Origin: a virus
DNA: 64,000 nucleotides
Virus record (IMG/VR): IMGVR_UViG_3300045988_168437
Direction: 5' to 3' (one strand)
Under the pieces are notes generated by a model. That model saw only the letters and a list, made by a program, of their open reading frames with translations. It was not told where the DNA came from and ran no database searches. The position numbers were made by a program, and so were the translations under genes. Positions 14,674-22,589 of the stretch are shown here, in pieces (within the stretch, counting starts at the first letter, position 1; each line of letters opens with the position of its first letter).

Positions 14674-15000
14674 ATGGGAAAAGAAATAACTAAAAAAGAA
14701 TGGTTTCAATATGAATTAAAAGTACATTTTTCAGATGGAGCATATAGAAAAAGAACTTTAGAAGAATATAGTTTCTTAGATGAAGAGACCTTCTTATATT
14801 ATCAAATGAAATTACCAATTTGGAAAATGGACACAGGCGAATATTATAATACAAATTTTATTACATCTATAGAAATAGGAATTAAAGATATTCAATATGT
14901 AATTGGAGATTCAGAATTGGACCTTGGATTATATGCAACTCGTGAAGAAATAAAGAAATATAACGAGGAGGTTTTGAAAAAGAAAAAATGGCAATTTTAA
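14674..15000 (+). CDS. hypothetical protein
   Basis: ATG 14674 after SD GGAGG 14664-14668. Confidence 0.55.
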   Translation: MGKEITKKEWFQYELKVHFSDGAYRKRTLEEYSFLDEETFLYYQMKLPIWKMDTGEYYNTNFITSIEIGIKDIQYVIGDSELDLGLYATREEIKKYNEEVLKKKKWQF

Positions 15001-15926
15001 CGATAACTCAAAAAGATTACGATTTAATTAAGATTAAAAAGGGGGAAATAGGTTATACAACACTTGAAGATTTTTTAGATTATGGAAAAGAAAAATTTAA
15101 TTTAGAAGAAGAAAGAATTAAAGAAATATTTTTTGAAAACATTCAAGCAAAAATTTCAGATTTAATTTATTTAGATAATGAGAATAAATCAATTTGTGGA
15201 ATTCATATAACTCATTGTGAAATAGAGAATATAAAATTAGAAGGAATCAAACATTTAAGAATAAAAAAATCTAAAATAGGAACAGTTTGTGCAGAAGAAA
15301 TAAAAACAATAGGTCTTCTTAATTCAACAATTTTCTTTTTACAATTGTCTGAAAGTATTGTGAACATAACTCTTTCAGATACTACAAATATAGGAACATT
15401 ACATTTATTTTGTTGTATTTATAAAATTTTTACTGATTCTCCCTTCTGTACGCTAGAAAAGATTCATGTAGAAAATAGTTATGTTACAAATATATGTAGG
15501 AACACTTCTTTATTAATGAAGGAAAGTAAGAAAATAACTAATTGTGGAAACAATCTATATCCTATAGTTCCAGAAACGGGTTCTTTTATTGGATACAAAA
15601 AAGCACTTAGTTGTATTACTCCAGGAAGACATTTTCCTGTAATTATAAAGCTGGAAATACAAGAAGATAGTTTAAGAAATTCTGCTTGTGGGAGAAAATG
15701 CAGAGCAAGTAAGGTAAAAGTTTTAGATATTTATAGTATTAAAGATAAAAATATAAAATACGAAATTGCTTATAGTAAATTTGGTTTATGTTACGAAAAT
15801 TCATTAAAATATGAAATTGGGAAAATAGTTGAGCCAAATTCTTTTGAAGAAGATAGATGGATTGAGTGCGCTCCAGGTATTCATTTCTTTATAACAGAAG
15901 AAGAAGCAATAAATTATGATTTTTAG
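14988..15926 (+). CDS. hypothetical protein (repeat-rich N-terminus, conserved C-terminal domain)
   Basis: 312-aa ORF; C-terminus ...GRKCRASKVKVLDIY...CAPGIHFFITEEEAINY; family not assigned. Confidence 0.55.
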   Translation: MAILTITQKDYDLIKIKKGEIGYTTLEDFLDYGKEKFNLEEERIKEIFFENIQAKISDLIYLDNENKSICGIHITHCEIENIKLEGIKHLRIKKSKIGTVCAEEIKTIGLLNSTIFFLQLSESIVNITLSDTTNIGTLHLFCCIYKIFTDSPFCTLEKIHVENSYVTNICRNTSLLMKESKKITNCGNNLYPIVPETGSFIGYKKALSCITPGRHFPVIIKLEIQEDSLRNSACGRKCRASKVKVLDIYSIKDKNIKYEIAYSKFGLCYENSLKYEIGKIVEPNSFEEDRWIECAPGIHFFITEEEAINYDF

Positions 15927-15955
15927 TTGACAAACTTAAATAAAAAATATATAAT
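15927..15955 (+). promoter_or_regulatory. sigma70-type promoter
   Basis: TTGACA 15927-15932, 17 bp, TATAAT 15950-15955. Confidence 0.7.
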
Positions 15956-16027
15956 GTATATATACTCAATTAAATACTCTCCCCAGTATTTAGTTATCAA
16001 TAATATATATCATTAATATATTCCTCA

Positions 16028-16058
16028 GACCCAAGAATTCCCCTTGGGTCCATTTTTT
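16028..16058 (+). terminator. intrinsic terminator inside the 5' leader of Rep paralog 2
   Basis: Stem GACCCAAG 16028-16035 / CUUGGGUC 16043-16050, loop AAUUCCC, then CAUUUUUU; SD aaggag follows immediately. Confidence 0.7.
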
Positions 16059-16072
16059 AAGGAGATGAACAG

Positions 16073-17008
16073 ATGCCAAACTACAAAAGAATTTACAAAG
16101 AAAATGAAACAGAAGGGCAAGATGTTATTGGTTATATAAAACCCAATGAAACAGTAAGAGTTGTAAAGAATCTAACTCCTCAACAAATAGCTATTATAAA
16201 TCAAAAAGACGAACTTAAAGAGCATTGTAGAGAATTAGGTGGATTTATTCATGTTTGTTATGTAAAAAACGAATTGCTATTTAATAATTTAAATTTAACA
16301 AGACCCACAATCACGAGACTAATTTACTTAGCTACATATATTGATTATAATAACAGGGATTCAAATTTATTAGTAAAATACGGAAAGAATCACAAATTAG
16401 AACCATTGAAGAAAAAAGATATAGAAAATCTAATGAAACTTTCAAACCCATCTTTTCTTAAATTTTTTAATGAAATAAAAGAAAAGGGAATATTATTTGA
16501 AGACAATAAGAAATATTATTTATCAAATAAATATTTTTCTAAAGGGCAAAGTATTTATAAAAAGAAAGAATATACTAGAATTTTTATTGACTCTACTAGA
16601 TTTTTCTATCAAAATTCAACTAGTAGGCAACACACACAATTGTCATATGTTTTTCAATTAATTCCATTTTTGCATTACGAAACAAATATTTTATGTAGAA
16701 ATCCAGATGAACTAGATATAGATAATTTAGATATATTATCTTTGAGAGATATATGTGAATTACTTAAAATTAAAACAAGCTACGAACAAATGAGTAGAGT
16801 TGAAAATTCTTTATTAAAATTCAAGTTAATATTTAACAATAAAAAATACCATTTATTTAAAAGAATAATAGTCAAAGGAGAAGATGAAAAAGTAGATTAT
16901 TTTATAACTAATCCGCTATTGATTTGGAAAGGAAATGATGTGGATAAAAACAAAGAAACTATTGAAAAATTGTATTTTTCTAACAAAAATAACAAGGTCT
17001 CACACTAA
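16073..17008 (+). CDS. Rep-like replication initiator candidate (paralog 2)
   Basis: 311 aa, paralog of 7632-8588; direct repeats start on its stop codon. Confidence 0.5.
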   Translation: MPNYKRIYKENETEGQDVIGYIKPNETVRVVKNLTPQQIAIINQKDELKEHCRELGGFIHVCYVKNELLFNNLNLTRPTITRLIYLATYIDYNNRDSNLLVKYGKNHKLEPLKKKDIENLMKLSNPSFLKFFNEIKEKGILFEDNKKYYLSNKYFSKGQSIYKKKEYTRIFIDSTRFFYQNSTSRQHTQLSYVFQLIPFLHYETNILCRNPDELDIDNLDILSLRDICELLKIKTSYEQMSRVENSLLKFKLIFNNKKYHLFKRIIVKGEDEKVDYFITNPLLIWKGNDVDKNKETIEKLYFSNKNNKVSH

Positions 17009-17046
17009 GTTTTAAAAAATAGCCTAAAACCTCACACTAAGTTTTA
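16999..17046 (+). repeat. two 16-bp direct repeats CTCACACTAAGTTTTA
   Basis: Copies at 16999-17014 and 17031-17046, immediately 3' of Rep paralog 2. Confidence 0.7.
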
Positions 17047-17176
17047 TGTTAAAAACACTTAATTAGATAGAAAAATATAACCAGATAGTATATTTTTTAT
17101 TGCTCGACTGTTATTATTATTAGACTACACACTACTAAACCATTCATACAGTATAATATTTTTAAGGAGTAAAATT

Positions 17177-18142
17177 ATGAATAAATTTATAAAAGAAATT
17201 GAGAAAACAAATAAAATAGCCTTATTAACTTACGGAGGCAGCTATGCATATGGAACAAATGTAGAAGGCTCTGATATTGATTTAAGGGGTATATTTCTAC
17301 CTTCTAAATTAGAAATATTATCTATGACATCAGGAGACAAAGCATTGACTGACAATGAAACAGATACAGTTATGTACCCTTTAAAACAAATGATTCAACT
17401 GTTATGTAATGCAAATCCAAATACAATTGAAGTTTTAGGCACGAGAGAGCAAGATATATTCATAATATCAGAGGAAGGGCAAATGCTTAGGAAAAATGTA
17501 AATTTATTTTTAACTAAGAGTAAAGTTCATTCTGCCTTTTTAGGATATGCACAAAATCAATTAAGAAGACTTAAAAATGCAATAGCTCGAGATGATTTAG
17601 AACAGGCAGAAAAAGAGAAACATATTTTAAAATCAGTTGAAAAGAGAATGTCTGCTTTCGAACAGTCATATGCTCCAATAACAAATGGAAAATTAAAGCT
17701 GCACATAGAAAAATCAAATAAAGAAGATTTAGAAGAGGAAATTATGATAGACATGTGCTTAGAAAATTATCCATTACGAGACTGTAAAAAAATGTTAGAT
17801 GAAATGGCAATAACCTTAAAACAATATGGAAAATTAAATCACAGAAATAAAAAGAAAGACGAACAACATCTTCTGAAACATTCTATGCACCTTGTGAGAC
17901 TTTATTTAATGGGAATTGATATATTACAAGGAAATGGAATTAAAACTTACAGAGAGGACGACAGAGAGTTATTATTAGATATTAGAAATGGCAAATATTC
18001 TTATGAACAAATTTATAATATGGCAGAAAAATTAGAAGAAGAATTTAAAGATGTACTGCAAACAAGTAAATTGCCTGAAAAATTAGATTATAACAAAATA
18101 AATAACCTTGTTGCAGAAATAAATAAACAAATGTTAAAATAA
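17177..18142 (+). CDS. nucleotidyltransferase (Pol-beta superfamily, RlaP/PF10127-like)
   Basis: N-terminal TYGGSYAYGTNVEGSDIDLRGIF (GS...SD.D NTase motif). Confidence 0.7.
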   Translation: MNKFIKEIEKTNKIALLTYGGSYAYGTNVEGSDIDLRGIFLPSKLEILSMTSGDKALTDNETDTVMYPLKQMIQLLCNANPNTIEVLGTREQDIFIISEEGQMLRKNVNLFLTKSKVHSAFLGYAQNQLRRLKNAIARDDLEQAEKEKHILKSVEKRMSAFEQSYAPITNGKLKLHIEKSNKEDLEEEIMIDMCLENYPLRDCKKMLDEMAITLKQYGKLNHRNKKKDEQHLLKHSMHLVRLYLMGIDILQGNGIKTYREDDRELLLDIRNGKYSYEQIYNMAEKLEEEFKDVLQTSKLPEKLDYNKINNLVAEINKQMLK

Positions 18143-18163
18143 TTATTTTTTTTAGAAATTCAC

Positions 18164-18192
18164 TTGACAGTTTAATACAAAAATGCTATTAT
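18164..18192 (+). promoter_or_regulatory. sigma70-type promoter upstream of tnpB
   Basis: TTGACA 18164-18169, 17 bp, TGcTATTAT (-10 at 18187-18192); the cassette closely resembles the promoter at 2684. Confidence 0.65.
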
Positions 18193-18217
18193 TTATATAT
18201 GTAAAGGGGGTTATAAA

Positions 18218-18304
18218 ATGAGAATGACAAGTAGAAGATTCAATAATATAGTTAAGAAAATGATTAAGGAGTTGATAGAAGATGATACTTGCAAAGAAAG
18301 TTAG
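18218..18304 (+). CDS. possible 28-aa basic peptide overlapping the tnpB start
   Basis: ATG 18218 after SD aaaggggg; MRMTSRRFNNIVKKMIKELIEDDTCKES*. Confidence 0.25.
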   Translation: MRMTSRRFNNIVKKMIKELIEDDTCKES

Positions 18305-19397
18305 ATTGCGCCCAAGTGAACTACAAGAAGAAAAATTATGGAAATCAGTAGGGACTGCAAGATTTATTTATAATTGGACTTTAAATAGGCAAGAAGAAAA
18401 TTATAAAGGTGGTGGTAAATTCATACCTGATAGTGTTCTTAGAAAAGAAATAACTCAATTAAAGAAAACTGACTTAAGTTGGTTAAATGAAGTATCTAAT
18501 AATGTTGCAAAACAAGCTGTAAAAGATGCCTGTGATTCATATAAAAGATTCTTTAAAGGATTGTCAGGTAAACCTAGATTTAAAAGTAGGAAAAGAAGTA
18601 AGAAGTCTTTTTATCATGACAATGTTAAACTTAAAGTTAAAGATAATAAATTAGTTAAGATTGAAAAAGTTGGGTGGATAAAAACCAATGAACAATTACC
18701 TATTGGAGTTAAATATACCAATCCGAGAATTAGTTATGATAATAAGTATTGGTATTTATCTGTAGGAATTGAACAGGAAGGAATCCAAGAAGAATTAACA
18801 GAAATATCATTAGGAATAGATTTAGGGTTGAAAAACTTAGCAATTTGTTCCGATGGTGCAATATATAAAAATATAAATAAAACTTGTACAGTCAAAAAAA
18901 TCGAAAAGAAACTAAAAAGATTACAAAGACAAATAAGTAGAAAGTATGAAAAAAATAAAAAAGGAAAGGAGTATGTCAAAACTAAAAATATTATAAAACT
19001 TGAAAAGCAGATACAACAAGTACATAGAAGGTTGACTAACATTAGAAATAACTATCTTCATCAAACTACGACAAGTATAGTGAAAACCAAACCATACAGA
19101 GTTGTAATAGAAGATTTAAGTGTTTCTAATATGATGAAAAATAAACATTTATCTGATGCTATAAGGAAACAAGGATTCTATGAATTCAGAAGACAACTTG
19201 AATACAAGTGTAAATTTAGAGGAATTAAGTTAGTCGTAGCAGATAGATTTTATCCATCGTCAAAAATTTGTAGCCAATGTGGAGAGATTAAGAAGGATTT
19301 AAAGCTATCCGATAGAGTATACAAGTGTGATTGTGGGCTTGTGATTGATAGAGATTTAAATGCAAGTATTAATCTTTCTAAATATAAATTAGCATAA
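18282..19397 (+). CDS. tnpB: TnpB (IS200/IS605-family OrfB, RNA-guided nuclease)
   Basis: KKVRLRPSELQEEKLWKSVGTARFIYNWTL N-terminus; RuvC triad candidates GIDLGLKNLA, VIEDLSVSNM, DRDLNASINL; zinc ribbon CSQCGE...YKCDCG. Confidence 0.85.
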   Translation: MILAKKVRLRPSELQEEKLWKSVGTARFIYNWTLNRQEENYKGGGKFIPDSVLRKEITQLKKTDLSWLNEVSNNVAKQAVKDACDSYKRFFKGLSGKPRFKSRKRSKKSFYHDNVKLKVKDNKLVKIEKVGWIKTNEQLPIGVKYTNPRISYDNKYWYLSVGIEQEGIQEELTEISLGIDLGLKNLAICSDGAIYKNINKTCTVKKIEKKLKRLQRQISRKYEKNKKGKEYVKTKNIIKLEKQIQQVHRRLTNIRNNYLHQTTTSIVKTKPYRVVIEDLSVSNMMKNKHLSDAIRKQGFYEFRRQLEYKCKFRGIKLVVADRFYPSSKICSQCGEIKKDLKLSDRVYKCDCGLVIDRDLNASINLSKYKLA

Positions 19398-19560
19398 TAT
19401 CATTAATAAGATAATGCTAATATGTAGGATGTGTTGTATCCGAATTTACGCCCTTGGAGAGTTATATCAAACGAAAGTAGGTTGTTATTTATAATTTCCA
19501 AAATCGAATTCGTAGAACAGGGAATTAAACAAGATTTATAGATATTTATAGATTTTTGGC
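19280..19560 (+). ncRNA. candidate omega/reRNA scaffold of TnpB (boundaries not determined)
   Basis: By analogy with characterised TnpB loci, the guide RNA overlaps the 3' end of tnpB and the right end. Hairpins are visible at 19390-19420 and 19494-19527. No right-end boundary could be fixed by eye. Confidence 0.3.
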
Positions 19561-19595
19561 AACAGAGATTTTCTCCTCTTTATTTAAAAAATAAG

Positions 19596-19624
19596 TTGAC
19601 ATATTATTATAAAAATGCTAATAT
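19596..19624 (+). promoter_or_regulatory. sigma70-type promoter
   Basis: TTGACA 19596-19601, 17 bp, TGcTAATAT (-10 at 19619-19624). Confidence 0.65.
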
Positions 19625-19649
19625 ATAAATATGCAAGGGAGGTTGAAAA

Positions 19650-20600
19650 ATGCTAAAACTTATAACTCATAATGATTTAGACGGAGTTGGGTGTGGGATT
19701 ATTGCAAGTTATATACTGGGAAATGGAATAGACATAAGTTATTGTAGTAATCATCAAGTCGATAAAGTTTTTTCAGATGCTTTATCTAGTGGAGAATACG
19801 AAATGATAATTCTAACAGATGTAAGCATTAATAAAGAAAATGCAGAAAAGGTTAAAGAATCAGATATGAACGTTCTTTTATTAGACCATCATCCAACTGC
19901 ACTTTGGTTAAATGAATATCCGTTTGCTAAAGTTTTTATAGAAGATGCAGATGGAACAAAGACTTGTGGAACTCAACTATTTGCAAGTTTCCTTTATCAA
20001 TCAATAGAGGAAGACAAAGATTTCCACAAAGGCAGAAAAATGTTTGAAATGGTTACAAATAAAGTTCTTTGGAAATTTGTAAAACTAGTAACTTATTGGG
20101 ACACATGGCAATGGAAAGAAGAAAATATATTAGAAGCAAAAGAGCTTAATATGTTATTTGACATTTATGGACTTGAAGAATTTTCAAAGCTAATTAAAAA
20201 GAAATTTGAAAACTATGAGCTATATGGAGACGATTCTAGTTTCTTTGGAATGGCAGAAAGACATGTATTAAAATTAAGACAAAGAGAAATAGATGATTTG
20301 TTCAAAAAGAAAAATAAATCATTAAAGAAAACTAAATTCGAAGGTCATGATGTTGGAGTTATATTCTGTGATAGATTTTATTCAGAAATAGGAAATAGAA
20401 TTTGTGAAGAGAATTCTGACATAGATTTTGTGGTTATGTTACAAGACTATACTACAAGCCTTAGAGGTATAGATAAAGTTAATTTAGGAGATATCGCCAA
20501 AAAATACGGTGGTGGAGGACATAATAATGCTGCAGGATTCCCAATTGGTGCAGTAAATTTTATAGATGAAATATTGGGTGATATGAATGATTTCTTATAA
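19650..20600 (+). CDS. DHH-family phosphoesterase (NrnA/RecJ-core-like)
   Basis: HNDLDGVGCG, LLLDHHP and GGGGHNNAAGF (DHH and DHHA1 motifs). Confidence 0.8.
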   Translation: MLKLITHNDLDGVGCGIIASYILGNGIDISYCSNHQVDKVFSDALSSGEYEMIILTDVSINKENAEKVKESDMNVLLLDHHPTALWLNEYPFAKVFIEDADGTKTCGTQLFASFLYQSIEEDKDFHKGRKMFEMVTNKVLWKFVKLVTYWDTWQWKEENILEAKELNMLFDIYGLEEFSKLIKKKFENYELYGDDSSFFGMAERHVLKLRQREIDDLFKKKNKSLKKTKFEGHDVGVIFCDRFYSEIGNRICEENSDIDFVVMLQDYTTSLRGIDKVNLGDIAKKYGGGGHNNAAGFPIGAVNFIDEILGDMNDFL

Positions 20601-21153
20601 GGTTGCATTTACTGGACATAGACCAAATGGTTTATATGGATATGATATGAATGCCTATAAATATATTGAATTAGAACTTAAAATTGAGCAAACTATCAGA
20701 TGGTTAATTCAAAAGTATGGTTCTAATGATTTTTATACAGGTGGAGCTTTAGGATTTGATACGCTTGTAGCAAAAATCTTAATAAACTTTAGAAAAAATG
20801 AATATCCAAATATTCAAGATTATGTATGTGTTCCTTTCAAAGAGCAATATAAGGCTTGGAGTAAAGAACAAATAAAAGAATGGTTATATATTGTAAATAA
20901 TTGTTATAAATCATTTGCAATTGATACAATAGAAGGTTATACTTGTAATAAGGCAGAAATTGGAAAATATCATCCATATAAAATGGAATTAAGAAACCAA
21001 TATATGGTAGATAATTGCGATATTCTTATTGCTTGTTGGAATGAGGAGAAACATGGAGGAACTTACAACTGTGTTAGATATGCTTTAGAGAATAATAAAA
21101 AAGTTTTAGTCATAAACCCTCAAACCTTAAAAACAAATAAAATTAACTTTTAG
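20587..21153 (+). CDS. DUF1273 / SLOG-family protein (YoqJ-like)
   Basis: VAFTGHRPNGL...GGALGFDTLVAKIL...VCVPFKEQYKAWS...RNQYMVDNCDILIACWNEEKHGGTYN. Confidence 0.7.
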   Translation: MISYKVAFTGHRPNGLYGYDMNAYKYIELELKIEQTIRWLIQKYGSNDFYTGGALGFDTLVAKILINFRKNEYPNIQDYVCVPFKEQYKAWSKEQIKEWLYIVNNCYKSFAIDTIEGYTCNKAEIGKYHPYKMELRNQYMVDNCDILIACWNEEKHGGTYNCVRYALENNKKVLVINPQTLKTNKINF

Positions 21154-21167
21154 GAGGAGACAAAGAA

Positions 21168-21674
21168 ATGGAAGTTTACAAATTATTAGAAAAAGGAATT
21201 GGAAGTTTCCCAGGAGATAATGGGACAGAATGGATGAATAAAGAATTCGCCCTTATACACAAAGGAGCTATAGCTACTACATTATTTGGACCACTAGAGT
21301 CATCTGGTGCAGAATTATTTGGAATTTCAGAACTTACATTTAAAAATCACTTTGTAAGAACTGGAGAAACAAATAATCCAATAGTAAAAAAAATAGCAAC
21401 AATGTATAAAGAAATTTCAACAGATATAGAAAAAGATATATTATCTGATATGTTAAAAACAAAATTAGGAATATCTGATAAAGAAGAAAAGAAAAAGGAA
21501 ACAGTAAATAAGAGTTTAGATTTCTTAGACTTTTTAAATAAAATATTTGATGTAGATACTGATTCAGATGAAGAATGTGATGTAGATATAGAAGAAAGAT
21601 TAGACAGAATGGAGCAAAAATTAGATAGAATAGAATCTGTAATAGATAGAATAGCTGCTTTCTGCAAATTATAA
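21168..21674 (+). CDS. hypothetical protein
   Basis: 168-aa ORF, SD aggagga. Confidence 0.6.
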   Translation: MEVYKLLEKGIGSFPGDNGTEWMNKEFALIHKGAIATTLFGPLESSGAELFGISELTFKNHFVRTGETNNPIVKKIATMYKEISTDIEKDILSDMLKTKLGISDKEEKKKETVNKSLDFLDFLNKIFDVDTDSDEECDVDIEERLDRMEQKLDRIESVIDRIAAFCKL

Positions 21675-21684
21675 AGCATTTTAA

Positions 21685-21714
21685 GGTAGTCAAAATTTTG
21701 GCTACCATTTTTTA
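21685..21714 (+). terminator. intrinsic terminator
   Basis: Stem GGUAGUC 21685-21691 / GGCUACC 21700-21706, then AUUUUUU. Confidence 0.7.
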
Positions 21715-21723
21715 TAAAATCAG

Positions 21724-21752
21724 TTGACATACTAATACAAAAAATATATAAT
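21724..21752 (+). promoter_or_regulatory. sigma70-type promoter
   Basis: TTGACA 21724-21729, 17 bp, TATAAT 21747-21752; nearly identical to the promoter at 29304. Confidence 0.7.
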
Positions 21753-21777
21753 TAATATATACGAAAGGAGAATGAAA

Positions 21778-22551
21778 ATGTTAGAAGTTTTATATTGTGA
21801 CGAAAAGGTAATAATAGACACTTTAGCTGAAAGTTTAGTAATAGGTGGACTACCTATGAATGACAAAATTCCTACGCAAGAAGATTTAACTAATGAAATA
21901 GAGGATTTAAAACTTAAATTAAAGTTAATTTGGGCACATAAAAAGTTATTTAATTTTGACAAAAATAATAAAATTATAAGACTTAAAAAAGATTTAACAG
22001 AAGAGGACTTAAAAAAATCTTATATTGAACCAGAAGAAATACCTATGATAAATAAAATATGTGAACAGTTAGATGTCTATTGTAAAAGAGGTAGAACTCT
22101 TGGAAATGTCCCAACAGGAAGTGGACACAACTCTTTATTCAAAGGAGTTCAGTTTAATATGGTGGTTAACTTTCCATTATATTGGCTTAAAGAGTATCAG
22201 AGGTATCATTTTACAGATATAATATCTAGTCAATCTACTATGCATAAAATATTAAAATTTAATTTAGATGATATGTTCAGTAATGAAGTTGACCCAAGAT
22301 GTATCTCTGTAATCAAAGAATTAAAATGTGAGTATGAACAGGAAGAAAATAAAGACAAAAAGAAACAAATATGGAGAAGAATAATAAATAGTTTACCAGA
22401 CGGATTTACAATGTCTATGGGAATCACAATGAACTATTTGCAATTAACAACTATGATTCCCCAACGTAGACACCATAAATTATCTGAATGGTCCAAAGAT
22501 TTAATTCCTTTCTTTGAATCCTTACCATATTATGATTTCTTTTTAATATAA
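21778..22551 (+). CDS. divergent ThyX-like (flavin-dependent thymidylate synthase fold) protein
   Basis: HNSLFKGVQFNMVVNFPLYWLKEYQRYHFTDIISSQSTMH aligns by eye with ThyX ETPFEH..F.F.V.AP.....Q..RHR..S..E.S.RY. ITMNYLQLTTMIPQRRHHKLSEWSKDL aligns with N.RSL.NF..LR....AQWEI. The canonical RHR/RY residues are not conserved. Confidence 0.45.
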   Translation: MLEVLYCDEKVIIDTLAESLVIGGLPMNDKIPTQEDLTNEIEDLKLKLKLIWAHKKLFNFDKNNKIIRLKKDLTEEDLKKSYIEPEEIPMINKICEQLDVYCKRGRTLGNVPTGSGHNSLFKGVQFNMVVNFPLYWLKEYQRYHFTDIISSQSTMHKILKFNLDDMFSNEVDPRCISVIKELKCEYEQEENKDKKKQIWRRIINSLPDGFTMSMGITMNYLQLTTMIPQRRHHKLSEWSKDLIPFFESLPYYDFFLI

Positions 22552-22589
22552 AATTCATTAATAAAATAAAAAAACAGGAGGATTTTATA

